IMG/VR virus record: IMGVR_UViG_3300020325_000030
Coordinates: 1 to 39,586 of that record
Origin: a virus
Lineage: Duplodnaviria; Caudoviricetes
DNA length: 39,586 nt
Reading direction: 5' to 3' (one strand)
This document shows, one piece after another, positions 1 to 7,655 of this stretch (positions are counted from its first letter, which is position 1; each line of letters starts with the position of its first letter). The notes under the pieces are model-generated. The model made no database searches and was not told where the DNA came from. It saw only the letters and a list, made by a program, of their open reading frames with translations. Made by a program: the position numbers and the translations under genes.

Positions 1-1613
1 GCATCAACAGATTTCTGACTCATACCATCAACACCGTCTTTACGGTTTGACTTCTGCCAGTCTTCTTTGATTTTTTCACAACGGTTGTAAGTCTTACCGA
101 AAAGTTTTTGGGTTCCTACTTTCTTGTAACCCTTCCAGCACTTTTTTGCTTCATCAAGTTCATCTGCACATTTCGAAACTGCTTTAGACTGTTTTGCGTG
201 CATTGCAGATGCTTTTTTCAACTGCTTTGCAATTTCTTTCAGTCTATCTTTTTTTGTTACTTCTTCACCAAGCATTCTGCTGCCGATACCATCAGTTGGT
301 TTCAGTGGTTCTGCTTTGATGATATCTACAGATTCAAATTCCATTGCCTGAAAGTCATCTCTCCAGTTAGAGAACTCATAACTTTCATTCTTCTTTGAGT
401 TGCCCCAGTTCTTAGCGCCAACTTTACGACACTTGACTAATGCACCAGATGCATATGCACTTGGCCAAACAGAATAACGTGACTTGACCTTATGATAGCA
501 AGCATCTTTCTTACCTTCATCAACCAGATCACCTTCTGGTTCGTAATGTGCCTTATCTAAAGTAATTCCCTTTTTCTTCAAGTTCTGCTGTCTTAATTTT
601 TCAATTTCCTGAGGAGTTCTACAGATACCGTCAGCACACTTAATTCTATCCATGGGACCTGTTCCCCAAGCATCGCGTTCAGTTACAACTTCACCTTCTG
701 GTTCATAGGATTGTTTATCAAGACCTCTTGCTCCAGCACCAATAGGATTTCCCTTAAGATGAAGTTCGTTTCTTCCACGTTGAAGTGCTTTATCTGCTTT
801 TGGTTTCAAAAACTTTTTAGCAAGATATGGTGCAGCAGCGAGTGCAGCAGCACCAGCAGCAATACCAAGACCCATTCCTTCGTTTAGTTGAAGTTCGTTT
901 CTCCAGTTTGAATAAGATGCTGATACCATTTTTGCCGGTCCTTTTCTATCGGGATTTGAATCTTCTCTACGTTTCTTTTTTGCTCTTCTTTCTCTTTCTT
1001 TCTTGCTCATGTTTGCTCTATCATCAGCATCACGGCAAAATGGTTTAGTTTTTTGTCCTGGTTGTCTAGCACATGGTTTTCCATCGTACTTACCACCTGC
1101 TTGAACCCAACCACCACCCTTAAACCAGTCGCGGAGTGAGTAACCTTTGGACTTAGCAGACTTACCGTCGCGTTTTTCAGCAATGACTTCTTCATCCATT
1201 TTATCTGCGTATCCTGCAGCAGCATCAGTATCATGTGCAGTATCAGTAATCTTTGCTTGCATCCAGGCAGGAATATCCTTTTCCTTTTTACCCAATGCTT
1301 TTCTCAACTTTGAGATGTTTCTTGCTGATTTTTTGAGTTGACTTTGCGCCATTGCAACTTCATGGTCTTTCGATTCTGAAACTCCTCCGCCATTAGAGCC
1401 CCCATTAGACTCCCCATTCCCATTTCCATTGCCATTTGAACCATTTCCGTTGCCATTTTTCTTTTTACCCTCGTTTTCATTCTCATCTTGATGTTCACTA
1501 TCACGCATCAAACGTCCTGTAGAAGACATTACATGCCATCCCTTAGGAATTCGCTTACACTTTTTATCGGTGAAGCAGTAGTAATAACCTTTTTTACAAG
1601 ACTTCTTAGACAT
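1..1613 (-). CDS. Modular protein downstream of gp16 (partial, runs off left edge); putative capsid-internal polyprotein
   Basis: Hand translation from ATG at 1613 (MSKKSCKKGYYYCFTDKKCKRIP...) gives an uninterrupted frame to the window edge (537 codons). It is missing from the ORF track because there is no stop in the window. Modules include DHEVAMAQSQL..IPAWMQAKIT, LRDWFKGGGW..KPCARQ, KDACYHKVKSRYSVWPSAYASGALVKCRK, KCWKGY..NRC and DWQKSNRKDG. Its ATG overlaps the gp16 3' end. Confidence 0.85.
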   Translation of the reverse strand, partial: MSKKSCKKGYYYCFTDKKCKRIPKGWHVMSSTGRLMRDSEHQDENENEGKKKNGNGNGSNGNGNGNGESNGGSNGGGVSESKDHEVAMAQSQLKKSARNISKLRKALGKKEKDIPAWMQAKITDTAHDTDAAAGYADKMDEEVIAEKRDGKSAKSKGYSLRDWFKGGGWVQAGGKYDGKPCARQPGQKTKPFCRDADDRANMSKKERERRAKKKRREDSNPDRKGPAKMVSASYSNWRNELQLNEGMGLGIAAGAAALAAAPYLAKKFLKPKADKALQRGRNELHLKGNPIGAGARGLDKQSYEPEGEVVTERDAWGTGPMDRIKCADGICRTPQEIEKLRQQNLKKKGITLDKAHYEPEGDLVDEGKKDACYHKVKSRYSVWPSAYASGALVKCRKVGAKNWGNSKKNESYEFSNWRDDFQAMEFESVDIIKAEPLKPTDGIGSRMLGEEVTKKDRLKEIAKQLKKASAMHAKQSKAVSKCADELDEAKKCWKGYKKVGTQKLFGKTYNRCEKIKEDWQKSNRKDGVDGMSQKSVD

Positions 1614-2044
1614 TATTTACTAGTCTCATCATTATTATTTAGAAAACCTTGTTTCAACAGTTTAGACAACTCACTTGTAGATCCAACAAACAAAGCATTG
1701 TTTGTGACATTGCTTGGACCTTTTTTGGTTGTGTCTTCTTCTATATCTTTTAGTTTCTTCTGAAGGTCTGCTAACTTATCGGTTGTATCTGCAACTGACT
1801 TAATTAACTGTCCAGCAACTTCATATGCTCTGGGACTTGCACTTTCACCTGCAAGTTCCATAATGCCGTTTATAGCCTCCTGCCCCTTTTCAATTAAAGA
1901 GTATAAATTTGCTCTTGTATACTCATAATCTTTTTTTATATCAGTCTTTTCCTCTTTTGGAGGAACAGGTTTCATCGGTTTTGATTCAACAATGCTACTT
2001 TCAATATCAAGTGCGTTGTCAATAGACTCATAATTATCACTCAT
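1613..2044 (-). CDS. gp16: Terminase small subunit
   Basis: DYEYTRANLYSLIEKGQEAI...SPRAYEVAGQLIK...NNALFVGSTSEL motifs typical of T4-like gp16; follows gp15. Confidence 0.95.
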   Translation of the reverse strand: MSDNYESIDNALDIESSIVESKPMKPVPPKEEKTDIKKDYEYTRANLYSLIEKGQEAINGIMELAGESASPRAYEVAGQLIKSVADTTDKLADLQKKLKDIEEDTTKKGPSNVTNNALFVGSTSELSKLLKQGFLNNNDETSK

Positions 2045-2049
2045 GGTTA

Positions 2050-2895
2050 TTAAATATCAGTTTGTCTAGTTGGACTATAAGATTTGCCGTCTCCTAAGAA
2101 CTGCCATTCTTCATCAAATCCAAAATCATCTCCAGGTTCTAAGAGTAGATGATCTGCAGAATCGATTACAGAATCATCATTTCTATCAATTTTTGATGTT
2201 GGTGTTACGGTGTAACGCATTTCACGCTTAGCAGTCTTACGGTCAGTGCTGCTATACATATCAACCTGAACCTTGCGGATAAGTCCATCACTACTATCAG
2301 CAATGTGACCAAACAGATAAGTTTTTGCTGTAAATCTTAGTGTGTGAATAAGTGCTCTTCTTGTATCAAAATTTCCCTCATAATCATCTTGGAAATTAAT
2401 TGATTCAAGAATAATTGGAATATCTCTCTTTTCTCCAATTGACCCAACCAAGTCAATGGTTAAGTTAAAATGAGGTTGAAAATATGGTAGAATCTGCTCC
2501 AAAATCTGAAGAGAATCATCATTCAATTTGGACAGAATATTTAATTCAAATCCAATATTATATGGAACAGGCATGAATACTTTCTTTACCTTGCTTCCAT
2601 CATCGCAGGTTTTAAAAGTTTGAACTAGACTAGATTTTCTAGTCGAATCATAATCAATAGAAGTCATTTCAAATGACATTCTAGGTAATGTAATTTGAAT
2701 AGGTTTATTTAAATCTGCTTGTTGGGTAATTCTTGCTAAGAATTTTTGACTTGGACCATAAGCAAGTGGAACTTTTAAGTCGCCAGCAGCATTTCCTGCT
2801 TGATCAGTATGACGAACATGAATATCATTGAATAAAGTTCCAAACGCAATGATCGTCTTTCTAATTATTTCGTGATAATAATAATTTCCTAGCAT
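2050..2895 (-). CDS. gp15: Tail sheath stabilizer / tail terminator
   Basis: YYYHEIIRKTIIAFGTLFNDI, VPLAYGPSQKFL, LPRMSFE and QILPYFQP motifs; gp13-14-15-16 synteny. Confidence 0.95.
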   Translation of the reverse strand: MLGNYYYHEIIRKTIIAFGTLFNDIHVRHTDQAGNAAGDLKVPLAYGPSQKFLARITQQADLNKPIQITLPRMSFEMTSIDYDSTRKSSLVQTFKTCDDGSKVKKVFMPVPYNIGFELNILSKLNDDSLQILEQILPYFQPHFNLTIDLVGSIGEKRDIPIILESINFQDDYEGNFDTRRALIHTLRFTAKTYLFGHIADSSDGLIRKVQVDMYSSTDRKTAKREMRYTVTPTSKIDRNDDSVIDSADHLLLEPGDDFGFDEEWQFLGDGKSYSPTRQTDI

Positions 2896-4355
2896 TAAAA
2901 TGTCCCAAATGGATTGGTTTCAGTGAAATCTAAAAGATTTTCTCCTTCAGATTCAAACTCATCATTCTCGGTATATTTATCATATGTATCATCATGTGTA
3001 TAAACCTGAACCATCCAAGAAGCACCAGAGTCTTGTCCGACGATTCTTTCACCTGGGTAGAATCCAATTGGTACAGTCGATCCGATAGAAACATTGCTAA
3101 CTGTTAAGAGAGCATCATCTCTATCCCATGATTTAACTCTACCTTCAGCTCTAGAATCTTCACCTCTAATAACTTCATTAAATATGAAGTCTCCTTGTGC
3201 AGAAATGACTGGTGGATCGGAAATTGTAACTGTTGGTCTTGTACTATATCCTCTACCTGGATGCTTAACGTAAATTGCTTTTACAACATCATTGCCGACA
3301 GTAAATTCGTTGTTACCAATTCTACCAATAGAAGCAATACCAACAGCAACTGTTGAAATTCCACTTGGAGTTGGTTCTTGAATTGTAATAGTAGGTGCTG
3401 TACTATAACCAACTCCACCATCAGTGATTGTGAATTTCATAACACCCAAACCACTGGTTATGATAGACGCTGTTGCTGCAGCACCTACTCCACCGCCACC
3501 ACTAATACTTATTGTTGGTGGAACCGTATATCCTGCTCCAGCATTGATTAGAAGAATTTCATCAATAGAAGTTACACCACCTTTAGTTGTCAAGAAACCA
3601 ACTGCTTGAGCATTATCACCAACCTGTCCTGTTGGTGAAGGTGTAATATTAATTGATGGTGTAGATGTAAATCCAGAACCATCATTGTTCAAAAAGATTT
3701 TATCAATATATCCACTAACAACTGTTCCCTGAATTTGTGAAATAGCAGTCGCAGTTCTTCCAGCACCTACTAAGTTAAGTGTGGTAATAAATCCTTCATC
3801 CTGAACTTGAGTATCAATTTCCTGTATACTTGTATCAATAACTTCATCTTCATATTCAAAGAGTTCGCATTTGAGTTGAAAAACGTAATTTTTACCTAAT
3901 TGGTAGAAAGGATCTTCATGCTCTACAAACTTAACTTCAAATAGTCTCTGTCCAAGAGGAAAATAAACTAAATCACCTTCTCTTGGTCTAGTCGGTGTTG
4001 GCATTTCGGATGTATCGGTTCCATCATCCTGTCCCGCCATGAATGGTGCAATAAAATCCTCAAATCTCTCTTTAGAGATAGTAAGCATTAATTCGTCTCT
4101 TACGCTTACGCCAAACTTTGTAAGAATATCCCCTGCACCAGAATATCCATCAAAATTATTTACATATGCTTCAATTGCAAAGTTATCATCAAACTGTGAG
4201 GTTTGAACTTCTTCGATAATTGTTTTTCTATTTACATATTTTCTTGGTATGTAAGTTACCTCAACACCATGAAACTGTAAATGTTCGTTAACTAGATCTT
4301 GGACTAATCTCTGCTCAGAGGCAGTCCCTTGTAGAAAGAACGGATTAAGTGCCAT
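2895..4355 (-). CDS. gp14: Neck protein gp14 with inserted GxGY repeat region
   Basis: MALNPFF..EQRLVQDL, PREGDLVYFPL, FVEHEDPFYQLGK and C-terminal DFTETNPFG; central NDGSGF/NAGAGY/DGGVGY/HPGRGY repeats. Confidence 0.95.
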   Translation of the reverse strand: MALNPFFLQGTASEQRLVQDLVNEHLQFHGVEVTYIPRKYVNRKTIIEEVQTSQFDDNFAIEAYVNNFDGYSGAGDILTKFGVSVRDELMLTISKERFEDFIAPFMAGQDDGTDTSEMPTPTRPREGDLVYFPLGQRLFEVKFVEHEDPFYQLGKNYVFQLKCELFEYEDEVIDTSIQEIDTQVQDEGFITTLNLVGAGRTATAISQIQGTVVSGYIDKIFLNNDGSGFTSTPSINITPSPTGQVGDNAQAVGFLTTKGGVTSIDEILLINAGAGYTVPPTISISGGGGVGAAATASIITSGLGVMKFTITDGGVGYSTAPTITIQEPTPSGISTVAVGIASIGRIGNNEFTVGNDVVKAIYVKHPGRGYSTRPTVTISDPPVISAQGDFIFNEVIRGEDSRAEGRVKSWDRDDALLTVSNVSIGSTVPIGFYPGERIVGQDSGASWMVQVYTHDDTYDKYTENDEFESEGENLLDFTETNPFGTF

Positions 4356-5194
4356 TATCCAATAAAGTCGAGGGGTGGTAATTCAAACTCAGACATCATT
4401 CTTGATCTGATGTCTGCAATTTCTGATTCTGCTTGTTGAAGAATCTCTCCACCATTCAGTTCAATACCACCTGGAAGTTTGACTCCTCTAAATTTGCTGA
4501 GGTTTCTTCCCCACTGTCTCTTAATGAGAGCAGTAAGGTATAACTTCATAAAACTATCATTGTAAATCTGAGTAAATGATGCGGGATCGAGTGCTCTATA
4601 GCATTCAATGATGATAAATTCATCTTTTGCCTGAGAACCCCAATCAATATCTAGATATAATCTATCTTGTCTCTTATTAAATCTAATTTGTTTGTCGGTA
4701 GTCAATAAATGATCAATATCTTCAAGATATGATTTGACCATCGAATATTGCAATAACTCAACTGAGTTGAAATAGTATAAGTCGTTTAAGAATAGTTGAT
4801 ATTTGATACTGAACATTCCACCAGAAATGGAACTAGTATCAAACTTAAATATTTTTTCGATTCCAATTACAGAATCTGGAACTTGAATATAATTGGATGT
4901 CTCATAAAAACTGAAAGTAGTTGCTGTTCCAACTATTGTAGAAGTTCCAGTTGTGGTTACAATTCCTACACCATCAGTTCCTTTTGCTCTACCTCTGTTT
5001 ACATCATCTTCGGTGATTTTGTATTTGAGGTACATTTTTTCAACACCGTCATAGTGACGTTCGTTGAAATATTGAATAGCATCATCAACTAAGTCATCGA
5101 TCTGGTCGTCATCCACGTTGATTTCCAACACTGGAGCACCAAGTTGACGTAAACAGTAATCAATCAGTCCTTGCCTAGTTGATGGTTTTGCCAT
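4355..5194 (-). CDS. gp13: Neck protein gp13
   Basis: LIDYCLRQLGAPVLEINVDDDQIDD, KRQWGRNLSKF.GV.LPGG and C-terminal PPLDFIG. Confidence 0.95.
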   Translation of the reverse strand: MAKPSTRQGLIDYCLRQLGAPVLEINVDDDQIDDLVDDAIQYFNERHYDGVEKMYLKYKITEDDVNRGRAKGTDGVGIVTTTGTSTIVGTATTFSFYETSNYIQVPDSVIGIEKIFKFDTSSISGGMFSIKYQLFLNDLYYFNSVELLQYSMVKSYLEDIDHLLTTDKQIRFNKRQDRLYLDIDWGSQAKDEFIIIECYRALDPASFTQIYNDSFMKLYLTALIKRQWGRNLSKFRGVKLPGGIELNGGEILQQAESEIADIRSRMMSEFELPPLDFIG

Positions 5195-5195
5195 A

Positions 5196-5381
5196 TTATT
5201 TCTCTAATTGTGCCTTAAGATCGGCGTTTTCTTCTAGCAAAGCATCAACTTGTTCCTTATAATCTTGAGACAGAGTTGCTAACTTTGCCTCAAGGAGAAC
5301 GTTTTGATTTGATACTGCTGCTAATTTAGAATTATAAATTTTAATCAGGACATTCACGTCCACTTCAGATTGGTTTTCCAT
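5196..5381 (-). CDS. Small coiled-coil hypothetical protein
   Basis: 61-aa heptad-rich ORF tightly packed between the fibre gene and gp13. Confidence 0.75.
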   Translation of the reverse strand: MENQSEVDVNVLIKIYNSKLAAVSNQNVLLEAKLATLSQDYKEQVDALLEENADLKAQLEK

Positions 5382-5387
5382 TTAATG

Positions 5388-7013
5388 TCAGAAAGTACCC
5401 CCGTCTAGAGTTGAAGTCCAATGGGGTTTGTTAGTATATATGTCGGTAATTGTACTAGGAACTGAAGCGAGATTTGTAATAAATCCGTTCTGTCCTTCTC
5501 TTCTCAGGTTATTTGCAGTATTAAATGCACCTTCGATTCCGATTAAACTTACAGTTGTTGAACCAGAAACTCCACTTTCTACAACACCAAAAGCACCGGT
5601 GCTGTCTTGTCTAATAATATCACCAGCAGAAGCAGTAATTGCTACCGACAGTACAAAGTCTTTCTTTGTAATAGCAGTTAAGACTTGCTTAGATGTTGAA
5701 ACTGGTGCAGCAGGAGCATTAGTTGATCTCTGAAGACCAGTGTCGTCAAAATAAACAACACCACCAGTAGCATAATCACCAGTCTGGTAGTAAATACCTT
5801 TGATATCAAGGAATCCCTTTGTTCCTGTGACGACACTATTAGCAATAGAAGCATCAGGAACATAGGTCCATCTTCTGCTATCGTCTGCGTGAGTTCCGTG
5901 GTTATCAGCATCAACCGCGCTGTTGGCGATGGAACTATCGTCCATACCAAAGAATCCAGTTTCATTATCAGCAACACCACTTCCACTGTTATATGCGAAA
6001 GAAATACCTCTATCAGTATTGCTATCGTATCCGTGAGTGATAGTTACTTGTGCTGTTGTAGAAATACCAGCAGTTGTGGCGTTATTAAACGTAATTGTTT
6101 TAGCGCCAGTATTGTAGGAACTGATTACAGTTGCAGCAGCAATACCGGTACCAGACAGAGCGTCACCAGTATTGATACCAACGACAGAATCCAGAGTCAA
6201 CGATGTAGCACCAGAACTGGCTTCAGCCATTACGGTTCTGGTACTTGTAACGTCACCAATATGGAAGATTGGATCGTTTAAAGTCTTAGAAGTTGAGTTG
6301 ACGGTAGTAGTTGTACCATCAACCTGAAGATTACCTTTAACAATTACAGTACCTTCATTACTTAAACCATCTGGATATGGATCCAGATACATGATATCAC
6401 CCGAACCAGATACGGTAGAGATGATATTGTCTTCAATTCTAATATCACCAAATTGAGATTCTTGAGTTACTTGAATCCCTGTATTCCAAGTCCATGGAGC
6501 GCCAGTTACTTGAACACGATCCGTTCCATTTTCGTCATATTCAATTCTGGCGTCGTCATCATTACCAAAAGTGAAGAAAGTATCATCAGGAATGACTACT
6601 TCACCACTTCCATGTGGATCAAGAATAATATCCCCATCGGTATCTGTTGAGGAGATAGTATTAAGATCGATTCTTAAGTTATCTACGTTCCACTGATCTA
6701 CTTTCAGTGACTCTGCACCACCCAAACCAGAGTTGGTTGCAGGTGCCATGATAGCGACAACACCCCTGTCTTGGTTTCTGGTGTTATGTGATGCTGCTGG
6801 AATAGTTCCAGGAGCGTGCTCCATCATAGAGGTATAATAGTGACCTCCTATTGGATGGGTGTTAGTACCGTCATCTCCGAGGAAAACTCTATCTTTATAT
6901 TGATTAGTTCCACCAAAACTACCAATACCAGTTACATACCCGAGTTCACCCCATTGTAGTGTTGCTGGTTTGTTAGTACCAGAGGACCTTTTGATCCTAA
7001 TAATACTTGCCAT
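5388..7013 (-). CDS. Fibre-like virion structural protein
   Basis: N-terminal IRIKRSSG..P..L..GELGY, GNLQVDGTTTTVNS repeat and C-terminal LDGGTF, all typical of phage fibre proteins; lies upstream of the neck genes. Confidence 0.75.
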   Translation of the reverse strand: MASIIRIKRSSGTNKPATLQWGELGYVTGIGSFGGTNQYKDRVFLGDDGTNTHPIGGHYYTSMMEHAPGTIPAASHNTRNQDRGVVAIMAPATNSGLGGAESLKVDQWNVDNLRIDLNTISSTDTDGDIILDPHGSGEVVIPDDTFFTFGNDDDARIEYDENGTDRVQVTGAPWTWNTGIQVTQESQFGDIRIEDNIISTVSGSGDIMYLDPYPDGLSNEGTVIVKGNLQVDGTTTTVNSTSKTLNDPIFHIGDVTSTRTVMAEASSGATSLTLDSVVGINTGDALSGTGIAAATVISSYNTGAKTITFNNATTAGISTTAQVTITHGYDSNTDRGISFAYNSGSGVADNETGFFGMDDSSIANSAVDADNHGTHADDSRRWTYVPDASIANSVVTGTKGFLDIKGIYYQTGDYATGGVVYFDDTGLQRSTNAPAAPVSTSKQVLTAITKKDFVLSVAITASAGDIIRQDSTGAFGVVESGVSGSTTVSLIGIEGAFNTANNLRREGQNGFITNLASVPSTITDIYTNKPHWTSTLDGGTF

Positions 7014-7241
7014 TTAGAAGTTTCCCCCGTTGATGTCTAAATTCTGAGCTGCACCTGGTGTAAGTTCCAACGTTGCTTCCCACTTTTGGATGGCACTGTT
7101 ATAAACCAGAACCATTCCATTCTGCAAATTACTTGCACTAACATCACTAAGTTCAGCCAAAGAAAGTCCTTGGGCACCAGCAAGCGAAGATATTACTTTT
7201 ACTGCAGGTTGTTGACCTACCCTGACTTTAATATCAGCCAT
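7014..7241 (-). CDS. Small virion-associated protein
   Basis: 75 aa; LSDV..NGMVLVYN...KWEA fibre-type motif, C-terminal INGGNF; directly downstream of a late promoter. Confidence 0.75.
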   Translation of the reverse strand: MADIKVRVGQQPAVKVISSLAGAQGLSLAELSDVSASNLQNGMVLVYNSAIQKWEATLELTPGAAQNLDINGGNF

Positions 7242-7269
7242 TTACGATGATTATCAGGAATCTAGGAAT

Positions 7270-7277
7270 TATTTATA
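7270..7277 (-). promoter_or_regulatory. T4-type late promoter TATAAATA
   Basis: Exact gp55-type consensus on the minus strand, about 30 nt upstream of ORF 7014-7241. Confidence 0.8.
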
Positions 7278-7452
7278 TTCCTTCAAGTCCCAAAGTGCCT
7301 ACAACCTCTTGTTGTTTGAGGTAAAGTTTTGCATATGACTTAGCAATATCCTTCAACATACTTACAGAATCGCATTCGTCAATTTCATTTGCAAGTTTTT
7401 GATATGCAAATTGCTTAGAGAGTGCTCCAAGTTTGATGTCATCTGGGTCCAT
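7273..7452 (-). CDS. 59-aa two-helix protein, NblA-like candidate
   Basis: Hand translation: MDPDDIKLGALSKQFAYQKLANEIDECDSVSMLKDIAKSYAKLYLKQQEVVGTLGLEGI. It fills the gap between neighbours, has a GGAG upstream and is below the ORF-track cut-off. The NblA resemblance is by pattern only. Confidence 0.7.
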   Translation of the reverse strand: MDPDDIKLGALSKQFAYQKLANEIDECDSVSMLKDIAKSYAKLYLKQQEVVGTLGLEGI

Positions 7453-7654
7453 TAGTAATCTCCTTTAGTAAAGATTTGATTTCTTCAATATCTCTCTTCA
7501 GTATATCAAGTTCTTCTCTTTCTGTCTGCCTTCTTTGCTTCAGTTTTTTATATTGGGCATAACCAGAACTATCGGTATTAACAATAGCTCCTGTATTTTT
7601 ATCTCTAAAAAGGTTGCTATGCCCCTCAACAGGAATTAAATCTTCTTGGTTCAT
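7439..7654 (-). CDS. Hypothetical protein (VEGHSNLFRD..TGAIVN motif, C-terminal coiled coil)
   Basis: The ORF track gives 7439-7669; the ATG at 7654 abuts the stop of the upstream gene and is the more likely start. Confidence 0.8.
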   Translation of the reverse strand: MNQEDLIPVEGHSNLFRDKNTGAIVNTDSSGYAQYKKLKQRRQTEREELDILKRDIEEIKSLLKEITNGPR

Positions 7655-7655
7655 A

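Noticed and set aside
1385-1455. ccatt-rich tandem-like DNA
   Set aside because: It encodes an Asn-Gly low-complexity linker of the polyprotein and is not an independent element.
108-1763. ORF-track calls in 108-1763 on both strands
   Set aside because: All overlap the single long minus-strand frame starting at 1613 (or gp16), which has coherent protein motifs.
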